This document shows, piece after piece, positions 45,424 to 60,714 of a DNA stretch of 64,000 nt (position 1 is the stretch's first letter; each line of letters opens with the position of its first letter). The DNA lies in NCBI GenBank assembly GCA_964016885.1, contig OZ024755.1:28334001-28398000 (forward strand). The letters run 5' to 3'. This DNA comes from Eledone cirrhosa (Eukaryota). Made by a program: the position numbers and the translations under genes. Below the pieces are notes generated by a model. It was given only the letters and a program-made list of their open reading frames with translations, was not told the DNA's origin and ran no database searches.

Positions 45424-45469
<46 letters not shown>

Positions 45470-45548
45470 GTGTATTTATGTATATATATATATACATATA
45501 TACATGTGTATTTTTGTATATGTATATATATACACATATATATATATA

Positions 45549-45661
45549 TAACGAAGGAAATGTGGTAAAGAACCAGATGGACCATAACGCACCGAAGTAC
45601 TCAATAGTCCAGAATTAGCCGTCGAAACGGCTTGAGCTCTGCCGTTGGGGTCATACTTGTT

Positions 45662-45665
<4 letters not shown>
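45549..45665. mobile_element. Family C copy with inverted junction
   Basis: 3' part on minus (45549-45604) fused to 5' part on plus (45605-45665). Confidence 0.75.
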
Positions 45666-45726
<61 letters not shown>

Positions 45727-45834
45727 GTGGATGTATATATATATATATAAACATGTGTATGTATGTATGTATGTATGTATGTATGTATGTATGTATGTAT
45801 GTATGTATGTATGTATGTATGTATGTGTATATAT

Positions 45835-46361
45835 GGGTGACTTTGGACATCCTGCAGGACTAAAAACAAAACCTGTCAAAGGGCAAAGGAGCTCTTAAGA
45901 GTCAATGGCCATCCAAAATCACCGGGAGAGATGACCCCTTTAGCCTTAGTCAAGGCAGAATTCTAGGAGAAGGAAAACTCTGATATAACACCTGCAACCC
46001 TGATGGTATCCAATGATGTTGACTTGTTCTTCTTTTTGGTAAATAGCATCTTGGTTAAGAGAGTGGGACTGGCTTTGTGCAGTGCCTTTGCTCACTATAA
46101 AAGCTTCACGGCACAGGCATTGCTTTATATCTGGAGATCTCTCTGCACTTGTCCTCACAAGGGCCCAGCACTATGTGTCAATAATTGTCCTACCATGGGC
46201 CTAGCACTATGTGTCAATAATTGTCACAGGTGTAGTGTTTGTACCAGAGGTTTCAAGTCGCTGGCTGGACTAAAAAGTCACACTCGTTCAGCGCTTCGGT
46301 AGGGGTTATCCTACATGGATGTAAAGTAGTGGCCGTACTCGAAAACGAGTTGGCAGCCACC
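45835..46361 (+). mobile_element. Non-autonomous bipartite RTE derivative in (ATGT)n
   Basis: RTE-type 5' UTR block CTAGGAGAAGGAAAACTC joined to C-terminal zinc finger CSVCTRGFKSLAGLKSHTR; second copy at 59385-59997. Confidence 0.75.
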
Positions 46362-47742
46362 ATGTGTATATATATATATATACATGTATATATACATATA
46401 TATACATATATGTATATATATATATACATATATGTATATATATAGATATAGATATATATACATATGGGTGTGTGTGTGTGTGTACGTACATACACGCTCG
46501 TTTGTGATGATACTACTTTCGTGTTCAATAAAGAGAGTGAACGATATTGAATTTCCATTTATACTTTATTAATGGATGAAGTATAAGCTACAAACCAGAT
46601 GAGATCCAGTAAAGCTGTCGATTTTTCGTTTCATGTCATTATTGTTTTCATTGCTGTTGTCGTTGTTGTTGTTGCTTCATTTCCAGGTAAGCCTTTATCC
46701 AGCAAAAAATATTATTAACATTATTCAAGCCTTAATTACACCATGTTAGTTGAGTTTCAATAAATCCGTTAGCTATTGTGCTCATTGTTGTTTTAAAAGG
46801 GTGAAATGGAATGAGAATTTAATTTGACAGCCATTTCTAACAGATCGTACATCTTTATAGATACTCTTCAATGTTTCTTCTTGTTGTTCACCGTGCTAAG
46901 GGGTTAGTGTTGTAGATGTGTTTAATTTTACCCCCAAGTATGCTTTCTTTGAGGAAACACATAATCAAAAGCGAATTCAATGTTTACCTGCCCCGTATAT
47001 TATTCATCTCAACCAAATAACGTTATCTAATATGTTAGTCATGCGTTATCTGAAGTGGACCTGATTTTTCAAGGTTGTAAGAGATATAGCTGTTATTTAT
47101 AGCTGATAGAATGACCTGTATAAGCGCCGTCGTTCACTACTATACGAATAAAGCATTTTGTTTTTGTTTTCTGGTTGATTTCTATATTTGTTGTATCGTA
47201 TCGTTGTTCTAGATTTTAATCAGATAAGGATTTAATTTTGTTTGCTTTGCTTTATAAGAACTACTTTTACTCTAGACCTCTAGCTGCATTTCACTAATTA
47301 ATAACCGAATTACATTCCATACGATTACAACATGGGTGGAAGATACATAGCGTTTGTCTAAGTCACTCTCTGGAAGACTACTATAAAGCCGTAGTCCTTC
47401 TCTGTGGGATATCTCTGTCATTAAATACTATATAGTATTAACACTGTAAAACCTAGGCGTTTTAGGGTATCCGTAAGCCTAGAGAGGGGAGGGGGCTCTC
47501 ATAATGAAACCTGGCGCAAGAATAGACCATTGATTGCCAAACGATTCTCTATTACATAAATGTTGCCGACGTCATGAAATATCTGATGACGTCATCAGTT
47601 GTGCAATAATGTGTTAACATTTATTACGCGTAGTATAATGTTCAAACCTTTTTCCAGAACCACTAAGGCTATGATCACTGACATTTTGCAGGGCTCTAGG
47701 TACTTCATATAGTTAATGTTATGTACCATCTCTTTCACGTAT

Positions 47743-48009
47743 TTGCTAATAATTGTTTCTTATTTTTGGCACAAGGCCAGCAATTACCCCAATACATTAC
47801 TGGTGCTCTTGACATATTTGCTAATAATTGTTCTACTTTTGGCACAAGGCCAGCAATTACCCAGTACGTTACTGGTACTTTATTTTATCGACCTCGTAAG
47901 GATGAAAGGCAAAGTTAACCTCGGCGGGATTTGAACTCAGATCGTAAAGGGACGTAACTGTGCTGGAAAGCATGTCTGACCCGCTACCGATACTGCCATT
48001 GCTAATAAT
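47743..48009 (-). mobile_element. Dominant SINE plus partial unit
   Basis: ttgctaataat occurs three times, bracketing both units. Confidence 0.88.
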
Positions 48010-48440
48010 GAAACAATGCAATGTCAAAAATTGCGCATAATTAATAAAGTATTGTTGCCATGGCAATTACGTGGTTGTTATAGAAACCGTTACCATGCCA
48101 ATCAAAGTACATACATTAGATTAGTAATAGAGTTTGCCGATACTGTTTTGGTTGCAAAAGCTGTTTAATCAAATTTCGTAACAAGAACAATCAGAGCAAT
48201 AGCATCATTTTATACTGCCTGGAAATCTCCTGTGGATTCCATGGCAACGGGAAAATATTTCAAAATGAGTTATTTGAGCGTTTAGCAAGGCAAAATGGAG
48301 TAAAAGTCGAATTTCTGTGGAAAATCTACTTCCTTTCAAAGGTTATGTAAAAATAACCACCACCACGAATAATAGCGTTAAACAAGAAAAGTCTTAGGAG
48401 GGAATATATATATATATTATACATAACTTATCCATTTTAA

Positions 48441-48635
48441 GGTCTTAAAAATAATTGTTTCTACTTTAGGCACAAGGCCAGCAATTACCCAGTGCATTAC
48501 TGGTACTTTATTTTATCGACCCCGTAAGGATGAAAGGCAAAGTCAACCTCGGCGGGACGTAACTATGCTGGAAAGCATGGCGTCCGACCCTCTACCGATA
48601 CTGCCAATCCACCGCCCTTGGGTCTTAAAAATAAT
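48441..48635 (-). mobile_element. Dominant SINE with internal deletion and 15-bp TSD
   Basis: ggtcttaaaaataat at 48441 and 48621; B-box segment deleted between two ggga microhomologies. Confidence 0.92.
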
Positions 48636-48934
48636 GATGGACGACACTGTGGCTGTTTACTGTAACAGTAAAACATGGCAGTGAGATCACGTGACCTTTT
48701 TCAAAACAAGGGAGGTCAAACGGCCGAACTTTTGGCCGATTATATTAAATGTAATTTTATATATATATATATATATAAATATATATAAATACTTAGGTTA
48801 ATAGGAGTTAGGTATTGTATACCCGTGTCCCATTAAGGTATTGGCAGCATAATACTTAGCTCTATGCTTTGGAGCAGAGCCGTATATATGATAAAGAACA
48901 CAAGAGCGTCTACAACATCAAAAGATTTTTATTG

Positions 48935-48979
48935 GCTTACAATGTTTCTTCCTTACGTAACCGTAGGATTCGTCAGAGC
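48935..48979 (-). ncRNA. Minimal type I hammerhead (family G element 48790-49215)
   Basis: GCU-CUGACGA-AUCCUACG GUUA CGUAAGGAA-GAAA-CAUUG-UA-AGC; GUA triplet; bulged hairpin 48859-48880 downstream. Confidence 0.75.
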
Positions 48980-49346
48980 TATAAAAGGGGTTTGATCGGT
49001 GTTATGGACTCTACCAACCAAACATTCAAGAACAAAGAGTAAAGAGCAAAAGTAGGGGACGATAAGTCTAATTTTGGTGCGGGAGGGTGGTGTGTGGGTC
49101 CTTGTTTACTAGCTGCGGTCATATTCATTCCCGGGAGTCGAGTGGTTAGCTGAACCATAGATGGGGTGGCGTCGATAGTAGGGTGCAGAGGGTGTGCTGA
49201 GGCTACACACACACATTATATATATATAATTCAAAGTATGAAGAAAGGATATATTCACAGCTTCAAAAGAACGCTCTCAACTAGCTTTACAAACAATCAA
49301 TTAGATAATTAGCTATAAGAACTAGGAGAAATATATATATATATAT

Positions 49347-49572
49347 AGGAACGAGTAAGACCCCGACGGCTGAGCTCAAGCCGTTTCGACGGCTAATTCT
49401 GGACTATGTGTATATATATATATATATATATATTCAGTCCAGAATTAGCCGTCGAAACGGCTTGAGCTCAGCCGCCGGGGTCTTACTAGTTCCTATTACC
49501 CACTCTACTACCCTAAGCATTGAGTACTTTGGTGCGTTATGGTCCACCTGGTTCCTTACCACTTTTCCTTCG

Positions 49573-49575
<3 letters not shown>
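49347..49575. mobile_element. Family C inverted pair around a short (TA)n, carrying the 3' half of a hammerhead
   Basis: GCCGUC-GAAA-CGGCU UGAGCUC AGCCG-UC-GGGGUC; CUGANGA half absent. Confidence 0.7.
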
Positions 49576-49628
<53 letters not shown>

Positions 49629-49747
49629 AGAGAGAGAGATGTGTGTAAATATAGCTCAAGGCGGATCGTCGTCGATTAAAGCACTCAATCCTGTTTCAAG
49701 GTTTCATTTATGGTGCAACATTGACCCATTTCCTGCTTATTTATATA

Positions 49748-49819
<72 letters not shown>

Positions 49820-49821
49820 TA

Positions 49822-50226
49822 TGTAGGAGGTGAGTTTTATTGTAGTACAATAAAGCAATGCAGATATTATCGGATAAGAAGCACTCTACAATTTGTAGGA
49901 CTGGAGTATACATAATATATAAGATCAAAAGATGGTTAAATGAGTTCCATGTATTTTATTATGCGCATTTCAAAAACAAATATCATCATGCAATAACATT
50001 TGTGTTTTCATCAGATAAATAGGAGGACATGATATGAAGGTTAAAAACACTTGTGGATATGTTGATTTAAACTGCACTATCCACAAGTGTTTTTAACCTT
50101 CATATCATGTCCTCCTATTTTATCTGATGAAAACAGAAATGTTATTGCATGATGATATTTGTTTTTTAAATGCGCATAATAAAATACATGGAACTCATTT
50201 AACCATCTTTTGATCTTATATATTAT
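49822..50226. mobile_element. Family A inverted pair (hammerheads 49952-50021 minus intact, 50116-50186 plus with GAAA to TAAA)
   Basis: Inverted arms around an 18-nt spacer; homologous to 7172-7586. Confidence 0.85.
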
Positions 50227-50291
50227 ATATATATATTAATAGAAACAATGAAATAAAAACAAAGAACAAGTTGCTTATATTAAAAAATCAT

Positions 50292-50417
50292 CATTTTACC
50301 ATCATTTCTAGGATGTGTATGTGTTGGTATGTATATCATATAGATCTATGTGAAAATATTACAAGTTATCAGAGGAAATATACATACCTTCACATATACA
50401 TGCTGTCTTCAGAAATG
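50292..50417 (-). ncRNA. Type I hammerhead with very long stem II (family H element 50233-50595)
   Basis: CAUUU-CUGAAGA-about 95-nt hairpin-GAAA-UGAUGG-UA-AAAUG; flanked by inverted repeat 50235-50272/50423-50460. Confidence 0.7.
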
Positions 50418-50593
50418 TAAGGAACTTGTTCTTTGTTTTTATTTCATTGTTTTTATTAATTTATCTTGACTCAGTTTTCCTATTATTTTCATCGAAAATT
50501 TTTGAATGTACATTCTCTTTTCATGATATTTGGATTACATTGAGTTCTTCATACGGATTGGGCACTACCGTATATTTTGGTAGATTTATCTAC

Positions 50594-50671
<78 letters not shown>

Positions 50672-50814
50672 ATGTATGTATGTGAATATATGTGAATATA
50701 TATATAGTGTGTGTGTTTGTGTGTGTAAACATCAACAAACATACAGAGTTCATCTATATGAGTGTCTATATATATATTTTTAAGATCCAAATTCAATAAA
50801 CAAACCAGGATTTT

Positions 50815-50872
50815 TTCATTCTGAGGATTGAAAGCAAAACCTTTTGCTTTTAAGAAACCACTGGTAAATGGA
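50815..50872 (+). ncRNA. Type I hammerhead ribozyme (family F element 50780-50970)
   Basis: UUCAUU-CUGAGGA-UUGAAAGCAAAA CC UUUUGCUUUUAA-GAAA-CCACUGG-UA-AAUGGA; all three stems pair; GUA triplet. Confidence 0.88.
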
Positions 50873-51827
50873 ATAATTGCCTTATGTTGTTTATTACATA
50901 ATAATAATTAAGCTCTGTTGCTTACATAGAGCACTCTTTTTTCCTGGACTTTTCCGACGGAATTACTTCATATATATATATATATGAAAAAATGGGGAGA
51001 AGAATACTGCAGGTTGCACATGGATAACATGTTATAAAATGAGTCCCTCATCAGTGATTTGCCAACGGTCATAGATATTTCATTGCATTAAAAATCATAT
51101 ACCTCACGAAGGTGCAATAATAACTAAATTAAGTTATTAGGACAATTAAAACGCGTAAAGCGAGTGAGACAAGTAACAACAAAGAGGAAAGCTAACCGTA
51201 GATAGGAAAGACACAAGCTACATAGTTATTCTATCAGATAAGCTGGGTGAATATATGAGCGCGTAGAAAATAGACCTTTCGAGATGAATCCAATGTAAGA
51301 AAGAAGGAAATTGTTTTCGTCGCGAACGGGGTGAAGTGAGAAGGGGAGAAACATGTGAGTGAGTGAGTGAGTGAGTGGAAGTGTGAGGAAGAGGTCAGTA
51401 GAGAGAAAGTGTTAACTGACATGACAGAGGGGGCGAAAGAAAGTGAGAGAAACAGAGAGAACGAGGGAGCAGTAAGAGAGAGAGAGAGAGAGAAAAACAA
51501 TCGCAGTTTAGGTAAATATATGTGAAAAAATGGGGAGAAGAATACTGCCATATATATATATATGTATGTATCTTTCTATAATTGTATCTATATGTATGTC
51601 TATGGAAGGATATCATACGAATATATACAAAGCTATTTAGAAAGAAAGTCAATATAAGCCGGTGGGAAAACAATTATACACATGCTATCGCGTTAATCTT
51701 ACAGAAATTATTCGCAAGAGTTGCAAATGATTGAAGAAAAAAAAATACCCAATATCTTGAATGTGGGAAGAAGCGACGAGAAAGTACAATTAAAATGTTA
51801 GAGGAAACAATGGACAATGAATACATT

Positions 51828-53837
<2,010 letters not shown>

Positions 53838-54060
53838 CAAGGTTATAGAAAGGGGGAATGAGAATCTGATGTATTATTTGGTGTTCAATAAAAACTAAAA
53901 GAAGCCAATTTTCCTCCAATTCGATTATTTTGCTAACGGGGGATCACCGACCTAGAAATAAACTTTAAACGTAATGCCAAATAATAGATCAAAGTTATTG
54001 GCTGTTACTTCTTCTATCTACCACTCCCTCTACACCCTCTCTCCACTCTGTCTCTCTCTC

Positions 54061-55080
54061 ACTCCCTGGTGTTATCACTCACTCTCTCCCTGGTGTTATC
54101 ACTCACTCTCTCCCTGGTGTTATCACTCACTCTCTCCCTGGTGTTATCACTCACTCTCTCCCTGGTGTTATCACTCACTCTCTCCCTGGTGTTATCACTC
54201 ACTCACTTCCTGGTGTTATCACTCACTCTCTCCCTGGTGTTATCACTCACTCTCTCCCTGGTGTTATCACTCACTCTCTCCCTGGTGTTATCACTCACTC
54301 TCTCCATGGTGTTATCACTCACTCTCTCCCTGGTGTTATCACTCACTCACTTCCTGGCGTTATCACTCGCTCACTCCCTGGCACCATCACTCACTCACTT
54401 CCTGGTGTTATCACTCACTCACTTCCTGGCGCTATCACTCACTCTCTCCCTGGTGTTATCACTCACTCTCTCCCTGGTGTTATCACTCACTCTCTCCCTG
54501 GTGTTATCACTCACTCTCTCCCTGGTGTTATCACTCACTCACTCCCTGGCGCTATCACTCACTCTCTCCCTGGCGCTATCAGTCACTCACTTCCTGGTGT
54601 TATCACTCACTCTCTCTCTGGTGTTTTCACTCACTCACTTCCTGGTGTTATCACTCACTCTCTCCCTGGCGCTATCACTCACTCACTTCCTGGAGCTATC
54701 ACTCACTCTCTCCCTGGTGTTATCACTCACTCACTTCCTGGTGTTATCACTCACTCTCTCCCTGGCGCTATCACTCACTCTCTCCCTGGTGTTATCACTC
54801 GCTCTCTCCCTGGTGTTATCACTCGCTCTCTCCCTGGCGCTATCACTCACTCTCTCCCTGGTGTTATCACTCACTCACTTCCTGGCACTATCACTCACTC
54901 TCTCCCTGGTGTTATCACTCACTCTCTCCCTGGCGCTATCACTCACTCTCTCCCTGGTGTTATCACTCACTCTCTCCCTGGCGCTATCACTCGCTCTCTC
55001 CCTGGCGCTATCACTCACTCACTCCCTGTCTCTCTCACAGTCACTCACTCCCTGGTACTATCACTCGGTCACTCCCTGTC
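54061..55080. repeat. 24-bp minisatellite, about 40 copies
   Basis: Unit tccctggtgttatcactcactctc; gives the spurious (SPWCYHSL)n ORF. Confidence 0.95.
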
Positions 55081-55136
55081 TCTCTTCTCAGTGACTCACT
55101 CCCTGACGTTATCACTCATTCATTCCCTGTCTCTCG

Positions 55137-55178
<42 letters not shown>

Positions 55179-55391
55179 CACTCACTCCCTGTCTCTCTCC
55201 CCGCCGCTATCACTCACTCACTACCTGGCTCCATCACTCATTGATCGTACTAGCAGTGATGTTCTATGTTCTCTCGTGCATTCCTCCTTCCACCATCCCT
55301 CTTCTCATCCCTCTCCCCTCATCCCCCTCAGACATATTCACATTTCAAACACACTCACGCATTTTCTGCTACTTTTTCTATTTCCATTCTA

Positions 55392-55514
<123 letters not shown>

Positions 55515-55530
55515 ATACATATATATATAC

Positions 55531-55563
<33 letters not shown>

Positions 55564-55598
55564 CATTTCTATATATATATATATACATATATACATAT

Positions 55599-55674
<76 letters not shown>

Positions 55675-55722
55675 TTCTATATATATATATACATATATAC
55701 ATATACACATATACATATATAC

Positions 55723-55768
<46 letters not shown>

Positions 55769-55870
55769 ATAAACATTATATACATAAATATATATAGATA
55801 TAGATATAAATATATAGATATATATACACACATATATATACATATATATATACATATAAATATTTTCATA

Positions 55871-55945
<75 letters not shown>

Positions 55946-56589
55946 TTATGTATGTGTGTGTTTGTGTGGCTGATTCAATACATAAACTAGGTTTGCTTCG
56001 TAACGTTCTGGTTTTGTTTTTCCTCCCTTTTTACATTAATTTATCGGTTTCATTACATCACGCTTTCAGATCATAGTTATCGATCTGTTTCTCCTTTTTC
56101 TATGCACATTTGTTTTGTATTTTTACCATCTCCTCAACAGACACACACATATATATATACTCTGTTATACATATATATACTCAATCATATAGAAGAGAAT
56201 GTTACACTAATGTATGTTGTTATATGTAAATGTACATTTATACAGAACGTATATTATTGACTTTATTTGCTTTTTCACGGCGCGTAGCTGCTTCACACCA
56301 TTAAAATACGTCACAAACATTGCATAGAGACATTCCCCTTGGCAATCAGTACACAAACTTTCTTTCTCTTTTCCTGAAACGGTGCCATTTTAATAATATG
56401 TCATTTACAGTACATTATAGAAATGCAAGTGAAGTTCTTAATTTGCTTTTATAGATAAGTTACGTACACTATTAGTTTCTTTTCTCATTGTTTTCAGCAT
56501 ATTTCATTCTTTTCAGCATATTTCATTTTATTGTAAAATATATCCTTCTTTATGTGTGAGAAAAAAAAAAATATATACACATAAGGATA

Positions 56590-58462
56590 TGTATGTATGT
56601 TATTCTGGTTTTATAATTTCACATATTTTTGCCAATAGAGAGAGAGTCGGTTTCTAACAGTTAAAAGACTCTCTCATTGGAATTTACACAACATCAACTA
56701 GATAGATATGTCTACATGTCAGCATGCATGCCTGTGTGTGTGTAGATATGGATGTTATTGTATGTGTGGATGTGTATGTTTTGAGTTGTATGTGTACATG
56801 TGTATATGCTAGGTATCTGTACAAGTGTATATGCAGTTATTAGATGCAACATTTTTAGAATGTTTTACAAATTTTTACTGTTCCTTTAATGGATTGTACT
56901 TGTAATTTCCTAACTAGTTGTGTTCTTTCTGTTCCCGTGAAGCCCAGTTTCTCAAGATATGTATTGAGGCAATTGCTAACATATCCCAGTGCCGCAATAA
57001 TCACAGGTATAAATCTGAAGGTATAATCAGGGTGGAGTATCCGCAGATTTCTCATCAGTTCTGCATAAATATTCTCCTTTTCGCTAATCTTTGATATTAT
57101 ATTGGCATCTGTTGGACAGCTAACTTCCACTACTGTGCATGCCTTCTTTTCCCGGTCCCATATCATAATATCTGGTCTGTTATGCCTGCATTTTATTGGG
57201 GTTTTTACTGGAACATTGCACCTGTACTCTTTCATATTATGTATATGTATGTCTTCCACATTGCTGTAGCTTTTAATGTGTTTATTATCGGGGCTATCAT
57301 TTCTACGAATTGCAAGGTTGATAGTACCGCGATGGCCTCTTATGGTTTTTCGAGGGTCACAATCTTTTTTTCTATTTTAGTTATAAATGATGGTATTTTT
57401 GGTGGTGTTTTGTTCTTGTTAATATCTCTGCTATCACTAAGATAATGCTTCACTGTCGATGCTAAGGCATACAAACAGGCGTTGATTTGCCAAAATGTTG
57501 GGGTTTTTATCCGTTGTAAATATTCATCCCCTATTTCGTCAATAACACGTAGTATTTCAATATTTGTTTTTGATTAAATATTGTTGTTTTAAAACGTTCA
57601 GCAAGAGAAATGTTTATACATGAATTAATTTCTCTCTGGAAGATTTCGTTGGGGGAAATTTTCAATTGTTTATAATTTTGATTATTATCATTATCGATAG
57701 TATTTTCCACAATAGTCGAGATAGACTCGAATGGTACACGTGGTGTCACATTTCTTCGATTATTATTATTATCGATAGTGCTTTCCCCAGCATTCGAGGC
57801 AGACTTAGATGGTACACGTGGTGTCAAATTTCTTACAGGCATAGTTGTTTCAAGGTACTGTTCGACCTGGCTGCTAGAAGGTCTAGTAGCATGGCAACCT
57901 GTAGCACGTGTTGTTGATCCCATGTTTGTGGTGGGGGACTTACAATTAATAATATTTATCTTATTTTTACGTTCAACAAACGTCGCTTGTTAGCGTAATT
58001 GTATCGCTGTGAAGTGATTTAGTTCTGGATGTATTTCGTCCCAGTGTAGCTTCACTCTGTTGATATAGCCAATGGAGGGATTGTATTTTACCATTTTATA
58101 ACAATTAAATAAATCATCATTAAGTTCGCAACTCCAAGAGATGTGCGATTTATAATTTCGGTTTCTTCTGTAACTACAACTGAATTCATTTTGTTTGCCT
58201 TTCTCGCTGTTCTTCGGTATTCCACTGATGATGTTGTGTTCAGCAATGCTGTTTGTAGCAAATCCTTGTAAAATGAATTATGTATTTAGCCGGATATCTC
58301 TACGAATTCGAATAAAAGGTGTCTTCAGTGGATATAGTTAGAAGAATAACCAGTTATTCAACATGACTGGTAGTTGTGGCATTACTGTCGGAGATAGTAT
58401 TCATCTTAAATTTAATGAATAGCCTCCGACGCCAAAATGTGCGACTGATCGCGTTGACTGAG
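56590..58462 (-). mobile_element. Internally deleted R4/Dong-like LINE in (CATA)n
   Basis: N-terminal WSCELNDDLFNCY...GYINRVKLHWDEIHPEL near 57990-58137; C-terminal RLE HNRPDIMIWD..VVEVSCP..EKENIYAEL at 56855-57259; no RT domain seen; catac repeats at both ends. Confidence 0.8.
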
Positions 58463-58545
58463 TATGTATGTATGTATGTATGTATGTATGTATGTATGTA
58501 TGTATGTATGTATGTATGTATGTATGTATGTATGTATGTATGTAT

Positions 58546-58990
58546 GTCGGGTCACTCTTCAGTGCTACTGGTAACATGTAACCCAGTTCAACCTGTCGTA
58601 TGGTCGGGTCGTCGGCGAATAAACCGGCAACGCCACCAAGTAAAATTGTTGGGGTTGCCGGTTTATTTAACCGCGCGATCGGGTGTCCAGTCGGATTATT
58701 TCTATGTCCCCGCGCATATACATACATATGCACCCATGTATATACACATATAGATATACATACATATGTACATGTGTATATACATATTTACACACTTTTG
58801 GATGGCCGTTGACTATTATGAGATATTCCGCCCTTTGTCAGGTTTTGTTTTTAGTCCTGCAGGATGTCCAAAGTCCCCCTCCTCACCAAGAAACCTTGGT
58901 GGGGTTGCCAGTTTAGTCGCCAACGACCCGACCATGAGACAGGTTGTACTGGGATACATGTTACCAGTAGCACCAACTGGTGACCTAACA
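58546..58990. mobile_element. Two oppositely oriented 5' fragments of the bipartite RTE family
   Basis: 58546-58645 plus (diverged) and 58793-58988 minus match 59803-59997. Confidence 0.75.
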
Positions 58991-58999
58991 TACATACAT

Positions 59000-59385
59000 A
59001 CATGCCTCAATACAAATCTTGAGAAGCAAGGCTTCACAGGAACAGAAAGAACACAACTAGTTAGAAAATTACAAGTACAATCCATTAATGGAACAGTAAA
59101 AATATGTAAAACATTCCAAAAATGTTGCGTCTAATAACTGCATATACACATGTACAGATGCAAAGCATATACACATGCACACATACAACTCAAAACATCC
59201 ACATCCACATATACAATATCATCCATATCTACACATGCATGCATGCAGACAGACATACATATCTACCTAGTTGATGTTGTGTAAATTCCAATGAGAGAGT
59301 CTTGTGTCTATGTTAGAAACCGACTCTCTCTCTATTGGGAAAAAATTTATGAAATTATAAAACCAAAAGAACATACATACATACA
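59000..59385 (+). mobile_element. 3' end of the same R4/Dong-like family
   Basis: LEKQGFTGTERTQLVRKLQVQSINGTVKICKTF plus 3' UTR; reverse complement of 56590-56970; (CATA)n both sides. Confidence 0.88.
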
Positions 59386-59997
59386 TGGTGGTGGCTGCCA
59401 ACCCGTTTTCGAGTACGGCCACTACTTTATATCCATGTAGGAGAACCCCTACCGATGCACTAAACAAGTGTGACTTTTTAGTCCAGCCAGCGACTTGAAA
59501 ACTCTGGTACAAACACTACACCTGTGACAATTATTGACACATAGTGCTGGGCCATTGGCACCATGTGACGACAAGTGCAGAGAGATCTCCAGATATAAAG
59601 CAATGCCTGTGCCATGAAGCTTTTATAGTGAGCAAAGGCACTGCACAAAGCCAGTCCCACTCTCTTAACCAAGATGATATTTACCAAAAAGAAGAACAAG
59701 TCAACATCATTTGATACCATCAGGGTTGCAGGTGTTATATCAGAGTTTTCCTTCTCCTAGAATTCTGCCTTGACAAAGGCTAAGGGGTCATCTCTCCCGG
59801 TGATTTTGGATGGCCATTGACTCTTAAGAGCTCTTTGCCCTTTGACAGGTTTTGTTTTTAGTCCTGCAGGATGTCCAAAGTCACCCTCCTCACCAAGAAA
59901 CCTTGGTGGGATTGCCAGTTTAGTCGCCAACGACCCGACCATGAGACAGGTTGTACTGGGATACATGTTACCAGTAGCACCAACTGGTGACCTGACA
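59385..59997 (-). mobile_element. Complete non-autonomous bipartite RTE derivative in (CATA)n
   Basis: Reverse complement of 45835-46361 plus an extra 5' leader. Confidence 0.8.
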
Positions 59998-60456
59998 TAC
60001 ATACATACATACATACATACATACATACATACATACATACATACATACATACATACATACATACATACATACAACCGTTTATAGGTAGACAATTGGTATC
60101 CGTGATTGTACCTAGTTCTCTATATTGGATTACTTTGCGTCTGTTATTTATGTTGAGGAAGAATATCATGGCTGACATAAAAATTCTGAAATCACTTTGC
60201 ATGAAACATAAGGAAATAAACAAGTAATATATTATTTGCTAGAACACAGCATAATCCCATCTCTATGAATGCTCTGACACACAACTAAATTATTTGGGAT
60301 TTACTAGTGAGCGTAAACCTAAGCAAGTTAAAGCGTGTCAACGTAGAAAGAAAGAAACCATCCTACCCATCTAGGCGGACATGTGCTTAATTCAGCTTCA
60401 AAATGGATTTGAATAAAAAAAAAGTTCCAGCGATTACAGTTTTACACTTGTTGAAA

Positions 60457-60644
60457 TAATAATTGTTTCTACTTTTGGCACAAGGCCAGCAATTACCCAG
60501 TGCATTACTGGTACTTTATTTTATCGACCCCGTAAGGATGAAAGGCAAAGTTAACCTCGGCGGGATTTGAACTGAAATTATAAAGGGTCGTAACTCTTTG
60601 CTGCAAAGCATCGCGTCTGACCCTCTACCGATACTGCCAATCCA
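60457..60644 (-). mobile_element. Dominant SINE
   Basis: Matches consensus. Confidence 0.9.
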
Positions 60645-60714
60645 AATGATGAATTTTATCTTAACTATTACAGAGAAAAATAATCTTTGATGATCAAATT
60701 CAAAAATTGGTATA

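Noticed and set aside
59880-59997. HDV-like, twister or pistol ribozyme call for the RTE leader
   Set aside because: Required P3/L3 or pseudoknot order could not be satisfied by hand; kept only as a hypothesis
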